A stretch of DNA of 52,003 nucleotides, from contig JAYZHZ010000103.1 of the NCBI GenBank assembly GCA_036166035.1, positions 1 to 52,003 on the forward strand, in the 5' to 3' direction. The notes under the pieces were generated by a model. That model did not search any database, was not told the DNA's origin, and saw only the letters and a list, made by a program, of their open reading frames with translations. Below, one piece after another: positions 35,204 to 44,698 of the stretch (position 1 is the first letter of the stretch; each line of letters begins with the position of its first letter). The translations under genes were made by a program, and so were the position numbers. This DNA is from Bacteroidota bacterium (lineage in GTDB: Bacteria; Bacteroidota; Bacteroidia; Cytophagales; MED-G16).

Positions 35204-37684
35204 CTATTTTTTACCAAGAGATATCAGATTTGAAAATAATTTGTATGCACCTCCAACTCCAGCAGGTAGTTGTCTAAACCAAGAATAAGATGTATAAATA
35301 AAATGTCCTTTTCCTACTTCAGCAATTAATATACCCCCATTATTAGGATCTTCACCATCATCATTTGAAGAAATAACTGTCTTGTATCTATCTGACCATT
35401 GATTTGGAAAATAGAGTCCTCTCTCTTGAACCCAATTATCAAAATCAGATAATTTTATTTTATTGGGATAATTTAGAGCTGGGTGATCACCATCTAAAAT
35501 TTGAACTGACGAATTCTCTTGAGAAACCCTATTTCTAGATAATTTGAAAGGATATGGAGCAAAATCATCAACATTAATACCTCTTGAGGTATTGTATTGG
35601 ATAATAACATTACCTCCACCATTCATAAACTTCATTAATTCGGGTTTTATTTCTGGAAGAGACTTGTCTACATTGAAAGCTCTAATTCCAATTATTAATG
35701 CATCATATTCAGACAAGTTATTATAATTTATGTCTTCCTTCCCAAGAATATCTACTTCATAGCCAACTAAAGATAAAGAACCAGGTACTTTGTCTCCAGA
35801 ACCCATTAAATAAGCTATTTTATTTGCTTTAATATTTAAATCAAATTTGATTAGTGCTATTTCGGATTTAGGAAATCTTGTCTGCGGAGTAATATGTTCA
35901 TATATGATTTTATCAATACCCCTGTCATATATCAATTCATTAACTTTTGCATTATAAGTTATCTTTTTATGTAATTTCTTTTCATTCGGTAAGTTGATTG
36001 TAAAAATAAGGGTTTCTTTATCTCCCTTTTTACTCAAATTAATCTCATGAATTTCAGGTTCTGACTTTAAATTATCAGGCATATCTAAATAAATTTGAGC
36101 ATTTAACTTATCTATGCCAGATTCAACCTCAATCTCAATGTTTTTCTTATTAGAATTAACAAATAATTCCATCTTATTTTTTGGGTTCATATATATAGGA
36201 TTTCCCACATTAAATGATCTATAATCATCTCCCTTTGTTGGATTATTTGTTTTATAAATAACAGGAGCTTCATAAGTGATTCTCTGTCCATTAATTCTAA
36301 AAACAAATTCTGATATCAAAGATGGATCATTGTCTGGTTTTCCTACTAATAATTGATTATTTATATTATAATTTCCAAAATTAGGTTCATCAATAAGCCA
36401 ATATTTTTCGGAAATTACATCAGAATTTGGTAAAGTAATTTTTTTAGCAGTTCTCAATAATTTATTATTTTCCAAGTTCTTATCAATAATAATATCCTGA
36501 TCCAATATTGTTATTTTTTCCAATGTTATTTCAGAAGGGCTTCTATTGATTACATCAAAATTTATATTAATTTTTTCACCTCTAGCTACTAACTCAACAT
36601 CAGATAAAGATTCGAAAAATAGTCCGGAACAAGCTTTTATTAAATTTTTTATTTCGTTTTTCTTTATTTCTCTCCAATGCCTATCGATAATCCTATTTAG
36701 CTCCTTATACGCAAGAGAAAGGTGATTAATTATTTTATGCGGCTCCCTTATGTTAAAAGAATCCCTTGCATTTTGAATATGCTTTCTAAGTAATTCGTTA
36801 GGTACTACTCTATCCCAAGATGTATCTATGCCCTCCATTAAATCTGATTCAACTGCCTCTCCTTGAGTATGAATTAGCAATTCTATTTCACTACCTCTTC
36901 TTTTCAAAGATCCAAATGCCTGACTTTTATGCATAGAGCGGCTTTCCGATGCAATTTCATTGTATGATTTTCCAATCAAATTATTATATATGCCCACATC
37001 AATTTTTAACAACTCATCTTTATCATAATTATCAATATTGAAGTATCTTGAAGAAGTATTCCAAAATATTCTCTTGGCTTTCCAAACTTTTAGATGTTTC
37101 AATTGTTCTGGGAACGCGCCGGGATCTCCAGAAAGATTGAATGCCTTGTTAGCTAAAATTGCTGAAGATGTATGGTGTCCATGAGTTGTCCCTGGAGTTT
37201 GATTAAACCTAGTAATTATGATATCAGGTCTAAATTTTCTTATAATCCACACGAAATCTGATAATATTTTTTCTTCATTCCAAAAATCTAAAGTCTCATC
37301 TGGACCCTTAGAATAACCAAAATCAATTGCTGAAGAAAAAAACTGTTTTCCACCATCTATTTTTCTGGCTTCAAGTAGCTCATGCGTTCTTATTAGTCCA
37401 AGATTTTCCTTAAGATGTGTTCCTATAAAATTTTGACCTCCACCACCTCTAGTTGCAGAAAGATAAGCAGTTTCATATTTCATTTCATTTGATAAATATG
37501 CGATTAATCTTGTGTTCTCATCATCAGGATGAGCAGCAACATAAAGTACCTTTCCAAAAACATCTAATTTATCTAACATTGATATAATATTTGAAGAAGA
37601 GTAGAATTGAATCTCTTGTGACTTCAATGAATTAACTGGAAATAATAAAATTATGATTAAGTAAAATAGACTTCTAAAAATCAT
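35204..37684 (-). CDS. PIG-L/LmbE family de-N-acetylase fused to a long C-terminal region ending in a GATase1/ThuA-like domain
   Basis: 826-aa ORF with a signal peptide. PIG-L motif LYVAAHPDDENTRLIAYL, then HGHHTSS. The C-terminal DALIIGIRAFN...GGNVIIQYN is typical of class-I glutamine-amidotransferase-like folds. Confidence 0.75.
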   Translation of the reverse strand: MIFRSLFYLIIILLFPVNSLKSQEIQFYSSSNIISMLDKLDVFGKVLYVAAHPDDENTRLIAYLSNEMKYETAYLSATRGGGGQNFIGTHLKENLGLIRTHELLEARKIDGGKQFFSSAIDFGYSKGPDETLDFWNEEKILSDFVWIIRKFRPDIIITRFNQTPGTTHGHHTSSAILANKAFNLSGDPGAFPEQLKHLKVWKAKRIFWNTSSRYFNIDNYDKDELLKIDVGIYNNLIGKSYNEIASESRSMHKSQAFGSLKRRGSEIELLIHTQGEAVESDLMEGIDTSWDRVVPNELLRKHIQNARDSFNIREPHKIINHLSLAYKELNRIIDRHWREIKKNEIKNLIKACSGLFFESLSDVELVARGEKININFDVINRSPSEITLEKITILDQDIIIDKNLENNKLLRTAKKITLPNSDVISEKYWLIDEPNFGNYNINNQLLVGKPDNDPSLISEFVFRINGQRITYEAPVIYKTNNPTKGDDYRSFNVGNPIYMNPKNKMELFVNSNKKNIEIEVESGIDKLNAQIYLDMPDNLKSEPEIHEINLSKKGDKETLIFTINLPNEKKLHKKITYNAKVNELIYDRGIDKIIYEHITPQTRFPKSEIALIKFDLNIKANKIAYLMGSGDKVPGSLSLVGYEVDILGKEDINYNNLSEYDALIIGIRAFNVDKSLPEIKPELMKFMNGGGNVIIQYNTSRGINVDDFAPYPFKLSRNRVSQENSSVQILDGDHPALNYPNKIKLSDFDNWVQERGLYFPNQWSDRYKTVISSNDDGEDPNNGGILIAEVGKGHFIYTSYSWFRQLPAGVGGAYKLFSNLISLGKK

Positions 37685-37749
37685 AGCAAATAATTTATTT
37701 TATTTATTTAATTGGGTCGACATCAATATTAACAAAATTAAATATTTTA

Positions 37750-39765
37750 TTAGTCTCTGTGTTTATTAAACCAATAAAGAATATGATCAATTTTAGCAAT
37801 AAGTTGACTCGGCTTGTTAGAAATATTATGATAGGCACCTGGAATTTCAACATATACTGTCTCAATTTTTCTAAGCTTTAAAGCATGGTATAATTGTTTG
37901 GCCTCTGATGGAGGTGTTCTTAAATCATTAGTTCCAACCATTACCATTGTTGGAGTTTCAACATTGCCTACGAGTGATATCGGAGAAAAGCTCCAGTAAT
38001 GATTAAAATTTTCCCAAGGCTGTCCCTCATATCTTGAATGAGCATATCCAAAATAATTATCTGCAACTAAAGTTTTTGATATCCAATTCATTACAGGTTT
38101 GATTACAGCAGAAGCTTTAAATCTATCTGTCTTACCAACTATCCAAGCAGTCATAATTCCTCCAGCGCTTCCACCTGTAACAAATAAATTATTTTTGTCA
38201 ATATAACCGGTTTTAATCATCTCATCAACTCCATCCATAACATCATCATAATCGTTACCTGGATAATTTCTATAGAGTAAATTACCAAACTCTTCACCAT
38301 AACTTGTACTTCCTCTCGGGTTTGGGTAGAAAACAACATATCCTGCTGAAGAATAAAGTAGAATTTCTGGAGAAAATCTGTCACCATAATTACTTATAGG
38401 TCCTCCATGATTTTCTACTATAAGTGGATATTTTTTATTTATATCAAACCCTGGAGGTCTAGCTATCCATCCTTGAATTTTTCTTCCATCAACAGAAGAA
38501 TTGTACCATATCTCTTCAAAATCTCCTAAATCTTTATCTTTAAATAAATCATAATTAAAATTAGTTACCCTAATAGTTTCATTTCCATTAAAATACGAAA
38601 TATCTGCAGGATGAAATGGAGACGTTAGAGTGTATACTAAATCGCCATTATTTGATAAAGAATATGAACCACCAGCATATGGTCTTCCTATAGTAGTACC
38701 TCCTAGGTTGTGAACTAAAGTTTTAACGTTTCCGGATAAAGTTGTATACCCAACTTTTGTGTTACCAAAGTTGTCGTAAGAAAAATATATTTTCTTACTA
38801 TCAGAAGACCATTTTATTGAAGAAATACTTCTGTCAAGATTAGTGTTTATTTCTTTTTTTTTGGTTCCATCAATGTTCATAATATAAAGTTTTGTTATTT
38901 GATAAGTTTGCACTTTGTCATCAAATCCCACGTAGGCTACTTTTTTTCCATCCGGAGAAACAATAGGAGAATTATCTGGTCCATTTCTATCAGTTAATTT
39001 CTTCAAATTTGATCCATCAACTGAAATAGAATAAATTTCAGAATTTCTAAAGTCATATTCCCAATTTTCAGTATAATTTGATGAAAAAATTAAACTCTCT
39101 CCATCTGCAGACCAATCAAAGGATCTATGATTATAGCTCTCTGATGTTACCCTAATTGGGTTACCACCTTCTGAAGAAATATAAAATATATTAGAAAAGC
39201 CTTCTCTCATATAACCAGAGCCATCAGATTCATGTTTTAACCTATCCGTAACTCTTGGTTTATCAGCCCATTTTGCATTTTTAGGTTTTTTTGGAGGAGT
39301 AACAAGTTGTAATGTTTTATCCGGAACAAACATAATAAAGCCAATATATTTTCCATCTGGGGACCACTTCAGTGATCTAGGAGAACCATCTAACTGAGAA
39401 ATTGATGAGTATTGTTTTGAATCCATCCAATAAATAAATATTTCTGATCCATTATTATCATCAGAATTAGAAATAAAAGTAATTCGGGTACCATCAGGAC
39501 TCCATCTGGGATTACTTTCGTTATTTGTAATTGAAGTCAACTTTTGATGATTTGATCCATCAGAATTCATTATCCATAGAGATGAACTTTTACCATCTTT
39601 CATAATGTCCATTTTTGTACGTATATATACTATTTTTTTACCATCAGGAGATATCTGAGGGTCACGTGCATACTGTAATTTAAATACATCTAAATTTTTA
39701 AAAACGTTTTGGGAAGAAACTGGATATCCAAAAGAAAATAACAGAATATATAAAAACAGTCTCAT
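37750..39765 (-). CDS. S9 family serine peptidase (prolyl oligopeptidase / acylaminoacyl-peptidase type) with TolB-like beta-propeller
   Basis: 671-aa ORF with a signal peptide. Repeated SPDG propeller motifs. Catalytic-domain nucleophile elbow VTGGSAGG, Asp region GTNDLRTP, His region GAYHNIS. Confidence 0.85.
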   Translation of the reverse strand: MRLFLYILLFSFGYPVSSQNVFKNLDVFKLQYARDPQISPDGKKIVYIRTKMDIMKDGKSSSLWIMNSDGSNHQKLTSITNNESNPRWSPDGTRITFISNSDDNNGSEIFIYWMDSKQYSSISQLDGSPRSLKWSPDGKYIGFIMFVPDKTLQLVTPPKKPKNAKWADKPRVTDRLKHESDGSGYMREGFSNIFYISSEGGNPIRVTSESYNHRSFDWSADGESLIFSSNYTENWEYDFRNSEIYSISVDGSNLKKLTDRNGPDNSPIVSPDGKKVAYVGFDDKVQTYQITKLYIMNIDGTKKKEINTNLDRSISSIKWSSDSKKIYFSYDNFGNTKVGYTTLSGNVKTLVHNLGGTTIGRPYAGGSYSLSNNGDLVYTLTSPFHPADISYFNGNETIRVTNFNYDLFKDKDLGDFEEIWYNSSVDGRKIQGWIARPPGFDINKKYPLIVENHGGPISNYGDRFSPEILLYSSAGYVVFYPNPRGSTSYGEEFGNLLYRNYPGNDYDDVMDGVDEMIKTGYIDKNNLFVTGGSAGGIMTAWIVGKTDRFKASAVIKPVMNWISKTLVADNYFGYAHSRYEGQPWENFNHYWSFSPISLVGNVETPTMVMVGTNDLRTPPSEAKQLYHALKLRKIETVYVEIPGAYHNISNKPSQLIAKIDHILYWFNKHRD

Positions 39766-39769
39766 AATA

Positions 39770-40243
39770 CTACCTTACAAATCCATCAGAGGATTCTCTG
39801 TAGTCAATTACAAATCCATTATCACTGGTGAATTTCTTAAATTCATCTGAAGCTGGTCCAATAACTACAAAATTTTCTATAGTAAAAAGATTAAAAAATC
39901 TGTCAAAAAATTTACTTTCCATGAAATTTTGACCATGTTTTATCCCGGAGTCACTATTAATATATTTTTCATATAATGTCACTGACTTTCTATCACTTGA
40001 AACATAATAAGCATATTCGATACAAAAATCTTCTGTGTTTATAACATTTTCTGTTATTTCTTTTATAAATCCATCTAAATCTTCAGATGTATTATTATTT
40101 ACATTCAAATCAATAATGAATGCTATATCATCTATTTCTGAGTTTCTTTTTATACCATTATTTAGTTTGATCTCATTATTCTCAACTTTAACACAAGAGA
40201 AAAATAATGCTACAATAAAGAGGCTAAAAATTAATTTTTTCAT
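39770..40243 (-). CDS. Small lipoprotein, possibly ABM / dimeric alpha-beta-barrel-like
   Basis: 157-aa ORF with lipobox LFFSC. The segment EDFCIEYAYYVSSDRKSVTLYEKYINSDSGIKHGQN loosely resembles ABM monooxygenase-like domains. Weak. Confidence 0.3.
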   Translation of the reverse strand: MKKLIFSLFIVALFFSCVKVENNEIKLNNGIKRNSEIDDIAFIIDLNVNNNTSEDLDGFIKEITENVINTEDFCIEYAYYVSSDRKSVTLYEKYINSDSGIKHGQNFMESKFFDRFFNLFTIENFVVIGPASDEFKKFTSDNGFVIDYRESSDGFVR

Positions 40244-40252
40244 ATTTATAAG

Positions 40253-41272
40253 TTATTTAAGCTCAATTCTTGCTAGATAATCCAATGCGGTTATGTATAG
40301 TGATTTTTGATCTTCTCCAAAAGCACAATTTAAAGCATTACTTGTAGTCCCAATTGTTGCAAGGTGCTTCCCGTCAGAGTTTATTATTAACACTCCACCC
40401 GGCCCTGTTGAAAATACAGTGCCTGATGAATGAACCTTAAGTCCATCGAACCAACCTTCAGAAGATTTAGCCAATTCTGTTCCATCAAAAAATATGCTTC
40501 TATTTTCTAATCCATTATCAGTAATATCAAACTTGGTGATAAACGGATACTCCATATCTGAACAGTTTACATATAATATTTTATTATCCGGAGATATTGC
40601 AATTCCATTGGGTAAAGTTATGTCGTCAACAAGAAGTGTGATATTCCCATCTTTTGAAAGTTTATATACTCCATTTACTGCTTGTTCTTTTAATTCACTA
40701 GTTAAAAGTTTTTCTAGACCGAATCCATAAGGAGGATCCGTAAAATAAAGATCTCCATTATCTGCATATACAAGATCGTTTGGACTATTAAACAGTTTCC
40801 CATCATATTTTCCTGCCAAGGTTTCAAAATCCGGACTTTCTGTATTCCAATCAATAAGTTTTGCTATTCTTCTGTCTCCATGCTGAGCCAGTATTAAATC
40901 ACCATCACTATTTATTGTCATTCCATTAGATCCTAACAATCCATCAGGTTCTGCTGGAACAATTCCAGTATATCCACTAGGTTCCATGTACACTGAGAAC
41001 CCTTCATCATCATTCCATTTATATATTTTATTTGTAGGTACCTGAGTGAATAAAAGAGAGTTAATATTCGAATACCACAATGGTCCTTCTGCTAAAAATA
41101 AAGAATCTACAAGCAATTCTATCCTTGATTCTGGTGAGATAAATTGATTTGCAGACTCATCTAAAATTGTTACATTTCCTCTTGTTAACCTTAAATAATT
41201 TTTTGTTTTTTCTTTTGTCTGACAAGAAAAAAAGAAATTTATTATTATTAGTGATAAAAATATATTTTTCAT
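40253..41272 (-). CDS. SMP-30/gluconolactonase/LRE family lipoprotein
   Basis: 339-aa ORF with lipobox FFFSC. Motifs: AEGPLWYSNINSLLFTQVPTNKIYKW, NSPNDLVYADNGDLYFTDPPYG, LPNGIAISPD. Confidence 0.8.
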   Translation of the reverse strand: MKNIFLSLIIINFFFSCQTKEKTKNYLRLTRGNVTILDESANQFISPESRIELLVDSLFLAEGPLWYSNINSLLFTQVPTNKIYKWNDDEGFSVYMEPSGYTGIVPAEPDGLLGSNGMTINSDGDLILAQHGDRRIAKLIDWNTESPDFETLAGKYDGKLFNSPNDLVYADNGDLYFTDPPYGFGLEKLLTSELKEQAVNGVYKLSKDGNITLLVDDITLPNGIAISPDNKILYVNCSDMEYPFITKFDITDNGLENRSIFFDGTELAKSSEGWFDGLKVHSSGTVFSTGPGGVLIINSDGKHLATIGTTSNALNCAFGEDQKSLYITALDYLARIELK

Positions 41273-41297
41273 AAAATTAAAATTTTGTTGTTCAAGT

Positions 41298-41328
41298 GTA
41301 ATCTAATATTATAAGGAAATAATTCAAA
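41298..41328 (-). promoter_or_regulatory. Putative gluconolactonase promoter: TTTG, N19, TAGATTAC; 25 nt to ATG 41272
   Basis: The plus strand reads gtaatcta at 41298-41305 and caaa at 41325-41328. Confidence 0.5.
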
Positions 41329-41334
41329 GTTAGA

Positions 41335-43056
41335 TTAATTAAAAAGAGCTTCTTTCATTAATGAAGGTGGCATATTACCAATTTTAAGAAGTTTTTCATG
41401 AAAGTCAGAAATATTATAGTCCTCACCCATCATTTCTTTATATTCATCTCTCATCTTTAATATTTCAGTCATTCCCATAAAATAACCAATGAAATAGCCT
41501 GGTCTTGAAGATGAAGAATCAATTTCAAGTTGAGCAGCCCACCTCAAAAAACCAACCCTATCGGTCATTAGGTTTATAGCATCTTCATAGCTGAGTTTTC
41601 CGGTATGCATCCCAACATCATAAATAACTCTAGCATTTCTCCATAACCTTAGCTGGAGTTGTCTGAGCTTGATTTTTTTATTCGGATAGAAGCCAGTCTC
41701 AAGCATTAACTGTTCATTATAAAGTCCCCAGCCTTCACTAAATAATGATAAACCATTATTTCTTCTCAGTTCTCTAGGGTTATGCATTTGGTATAACCCC
41801 TGGATATGATGACCTGCATACGTTTCATGAGGAGCAGTAACAATAATAACACCCCAATCATGCTCAACTAGATACTCATTTTTTGTTTTATCATCCCATC
41901 TGTGTTCAAATGGGTTTATTTTCCATTCTGAAGTAAAGAATCCTTCATTATCCTCACCCCTAGATCTTGAAAAATTTCCATAGTATGAGGTCTTTCTTAA
42001 ATACTCCTCCCTAGGAACAACATTAACTCTCTCTTTCCAAGGAATTGGTATTAGATTATTTGATTTAATGTGCTCCCCAGATTTGTCTACCCAAAACTGA
42101 TGAGCCTGAATCATACTATCTGGTAAAGGATACTCATTTTTTATATCGATTAATAATTCACTTGTAGACTTATTAGGATCTATTTCTTTTGCAAGTGCAT
42201 CCATCTTACTTACCGTATTATTAAATTCCTTCCATCCAAATTCCCATAATGTCTCGTCATTATAGTCAAGAAGAAACTGATTTTTTAGCATCTTATTGTA
42301 AGTTGCTTTTCCAATTGAAAATGATGATTTTTCTTTTTTTGGAAGCTCATTTTTTAAAAAATCAATAAATAACTCTAACTGACCTATAATTTCCCTATTA
42401 AGGCTAGTTATCTTGTTCTCTCTTGGATCTTCTTTCACTGGTACCGTCATTTCTTCCATATCTTCCCAATCCATACCTCCTCCTGAACAAGAATAAATTA
42501 ATTCACCAATATCAAGCCTGAAAATTGACATCGAGTTCTCTGCCATATACAAACCTAATTCTTGAAACCTTGGAACATAAGTATCGATTTGAAGCATTGC
42601 AAACTTTAGGTCATTTAATACTACTGGTAGATATTCTATTAAATAATCATACTTATCTTCACATGTCATCCTACTATTATAAGTGTTTGAAATTTGTCTA
42701 AAATTCATATAGTCTCTAGGGTCCCTTTTCCAAGATTGAATCTCTTCATATTCAATTTCTTTACCCACTAATATGCTTTCGATAAACTTATAATCAATTT
42801 GACCTTCTTTAGAAAGGTTTCTAATATCAACAGACCTTAAAATCTCGAGTTCTTTTTTAGTTTCTTTGAGTTTTTCAAAAATATAAGTTTCACTGGATCT
42901 CTCTAAATTACTTGAAAAATCATTTTTTTTATTATTGAATTTATCGACTAAAGTCTTAAATTTATCTGAATCTGAATCTTCTATTTGATTAAAATATATA
43001 ACTATAGAAGCAATTGCGATAAGAAGTAAAATAGGTTTTTGAAATTTTTTTTGCAT
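41335..43056 (-). CDS. DUF885 family protein (metallopeptidase-like)
   Basis: 573-aa ORF with an N-terminal anchor/signal. DUF885-type HE...GHH.Q motif (APHETYAGHHIQGLY). Confidence 0.6.
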   Translation of the reverse strand: MQKKFQKPILLLIAIASIVIYFNQIEDSDSDKFKTLVDKFNNKKNDFSSNLERSSETYIFEKLKETKKELEILRSVDIRNLSKEGQIDYKFIESILVGKEIEYEEIQSWKRDPRDYMNFRQISNTYNSRMTCEDKYDYLIEYLPVVLNDLKFAMLQIDTYVPRFQELGLYMAENSMSIFRLDIGELIYSCSGGGMDWEDMEEMTVPVKEDPRENKITSLNREIIGQLELFIDFLKNELPKKEKSSFSIGKATYNKMLKNQFLLDYNDETLWEFGWKEFNNTVSKMDALAKEIDPNKSTSELLIDIKNEYPLPDSMIQAHQFWVDKSGEHIKSNNLIPIPWKERVNVVPREEYLRKTSYYGNFSRSRGEDNEGFFTSEWKINPFEHRWDDKTKNEYLVEHDWGVIIVTAPHETYAGHHIQGLYQMHNPRELRRNNGLSLFSEGWGLYNEQLMLETGFYPNKKIKLRQLQLRLWRNARVIYDVGMHTGKLSYEDAINLMTDRVGFLRWAAQLEIDSSSSRPGYFIGYFMGMTEILKMRDEYKEMMGEDYNISDFHEKLLKIGNMPPSLMKEALFN

Positions 43057-43090
43057 TGATGATATATTTTAGAGTTAAAATTTATTAATC

Positions 43091-44698
43091 TTGAGAATGA
43101 GAATCATTTTATATTTCAAAATTTTCATATTATTACATTTCTCATGTAATACTAATAATTATTATTTACATTCCCCATTTTCTGACTTGGACACCCTCTC
43201 AACAAATGACTGGTGGAATCGCCAATCCAACCCAATAATAGATCTAAAGATAGATAGAGAAAATGTTGTGGCTTTTGGTATTTATACTGTGTCAAATAAA
43301 ATACTTAAAATAACTGCACAGCTTTTTCCATTGTATCCAGATGAAACAAGAGAGGTGAGATTAGAAATTTTTGATAAGAATATCTGGAAAGAGCTACAGA
43401 TAAAAAAAGTTAATGAGATTGGCTGGGCAACTACTTTTAAAGTTGAAAACTGGGACGACACAAAAGACATAAAATATAGACTAAGGCATGGAGAAAAAGC
43501 TTATTTTGAGGGTTTAATAAGAAAAAATCCAATAGAAAAAAACACAATAACTATGGCTGCCTTCTCATGCAACAGCAATAAAGATAGAGGGGATAGAGAA
43601 AATTATGTTAATAATATTAATCACATCGATCCTGATATACTGTTTTTTGCCGGAGATCAGTCTTATGACCATAAAGAACATACGGCAGCATGGCTCAAAT
43701 TTGGAATGCAGTTTAGAGAAATATTTAGAGAAAGACCTTGCATTACAATACCAGATGACCACGATATTGGACAAGGTAATTTATGGGGTGAAAATGGTAA
43801 AATAGCATCCTCTCCAGCTGGAAATGATGGTGGTTATTTTTATGATAAAGAATATGTAAAGATGGTAGAAAGAGCTCAAACCAACCATCTCCCTGATCCT
43901 TATGATCAAACCCCTATTGAACAGGGCATAAATGTATATTTCACTAATATGATACTTGGAGGTATTGACTTTGCAATTATAGAAGATAGAAAATTTAAAT
44001 CGGGTCCAAAAGGAAAGATACCTCAACAAGGCCCCAGACCGGATCATATAAGAAATCCAGACTATAATCCGAATTCTATTGATCTTGATGGACTTACATT
44101 ATTGGGTGAAAGACAATTAAATTTTCTTAGTGAATGGGGTAAGAATAAAGATAACTCTATTATGAAGGCAGTTCTTTCTCAAACTGGATTCTGTGGAGGA
44201 GCTCATCTCCACGGTAGTGAAGAAAACAGACTCCACGCTGATCTTGACTCAAATGGATGGCCGCAGAAAGGAAGAAATAATGCCCTTAAACTTATTAAAG
44301 ATGCTAATGCAGTACACATAGCAGGTGACCAACATTTAGCAACAGTTATTCATCATGGAATTGACGAATATGAAGATGGGCCATGGGCATTCGTTGTTCC
44401 TGCTATCGTTAACAACTACTACAGCAGATGGTGGTGGCCGGAAAATGGAGAAGCTGGAAAAAATTCAAATAATATTTTACCATGGACAGGAAGGTATAAA
44501 GATGGATTTGATAACAAGATTACAATGCACGCATATGCTAACCCAGACACAGACTCAAATGGAGCTGGCTATGGTGTTATCAAGTTTCATAAAAATGAGA
44601 ATAATGTGACTTTTGAGTGCTGGCCAAGATATCAAGATGTCACTCTAGACGAATCAAAACAATTTAAGGGTTGGCCTATTACTGTTTCTCTTGATTAG
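43091..44698 (+). CDS. PhoD-like / calcineurin-like metallophosphatase lipoprotein
   Basis: 535-aa ORF. TTG start at 43091, or ATG at 43097. Lipobox LHFSC. Metallophosphatase motifs FFAGDQSYDH, IPDDHDIG, HIAGDQHLATV. Confidence 0.5.
   Translation: MRMRIILYFKIFILLHFSCNTNNYYLHSPFSDLDTLSTNDWWNRQSNPIIDLKIDRENVVAFGIYTVSNKILKITAQLFPLYPDETREVRLEIFDKNIWKELQIKKVNEIGWATTFKVENWDDTKDIKYRLRHGEKAYFEGLIRKNPIEKNTITMAAFSCNSNKDRGDRENYVNNINHIDPDILFFAGDQSYDHKEHTAAWLKFGMQFREIFRERPCITIPDDHDIGQGNLWGENGKIASSPAGNDGGYFYDKEYVKMVERAQTNHLPDPYDQTPIEQGINVYFTNMILGGIDFAIIEDRKFKSGPKGKIPQQGPRPDHIRNPDYNPNSIDLDGLTLLGERQLNFLSEWGKNKDNSIMKAVLSQTGFCGGAHLHGSEENRLHADLDSNGWPQKGRNNALKLIKDANAVHIAGDQHLATVIHHGIDEYEDGPWAFVVPAIVNNYYSRWWWPENGEAGKNSNNILPWTGRYKDGFDNKITMHAYANPDTDSNGAGYGVIKFHKNENNVTFECWPRYQDVTLDESKQFKGWPITVSLD

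Noticed and set aside
37708-37732. Imperfect palindrome centred on GTCGAC (ttaattgggtcgacatcaatattaa) between the S9 peptidase and PIG-L genes.
   Set aside because: Only the central 6 nt and a few flanking bases pair, and there is no second copy in the window. This is insufficient for an operator or terminator call.
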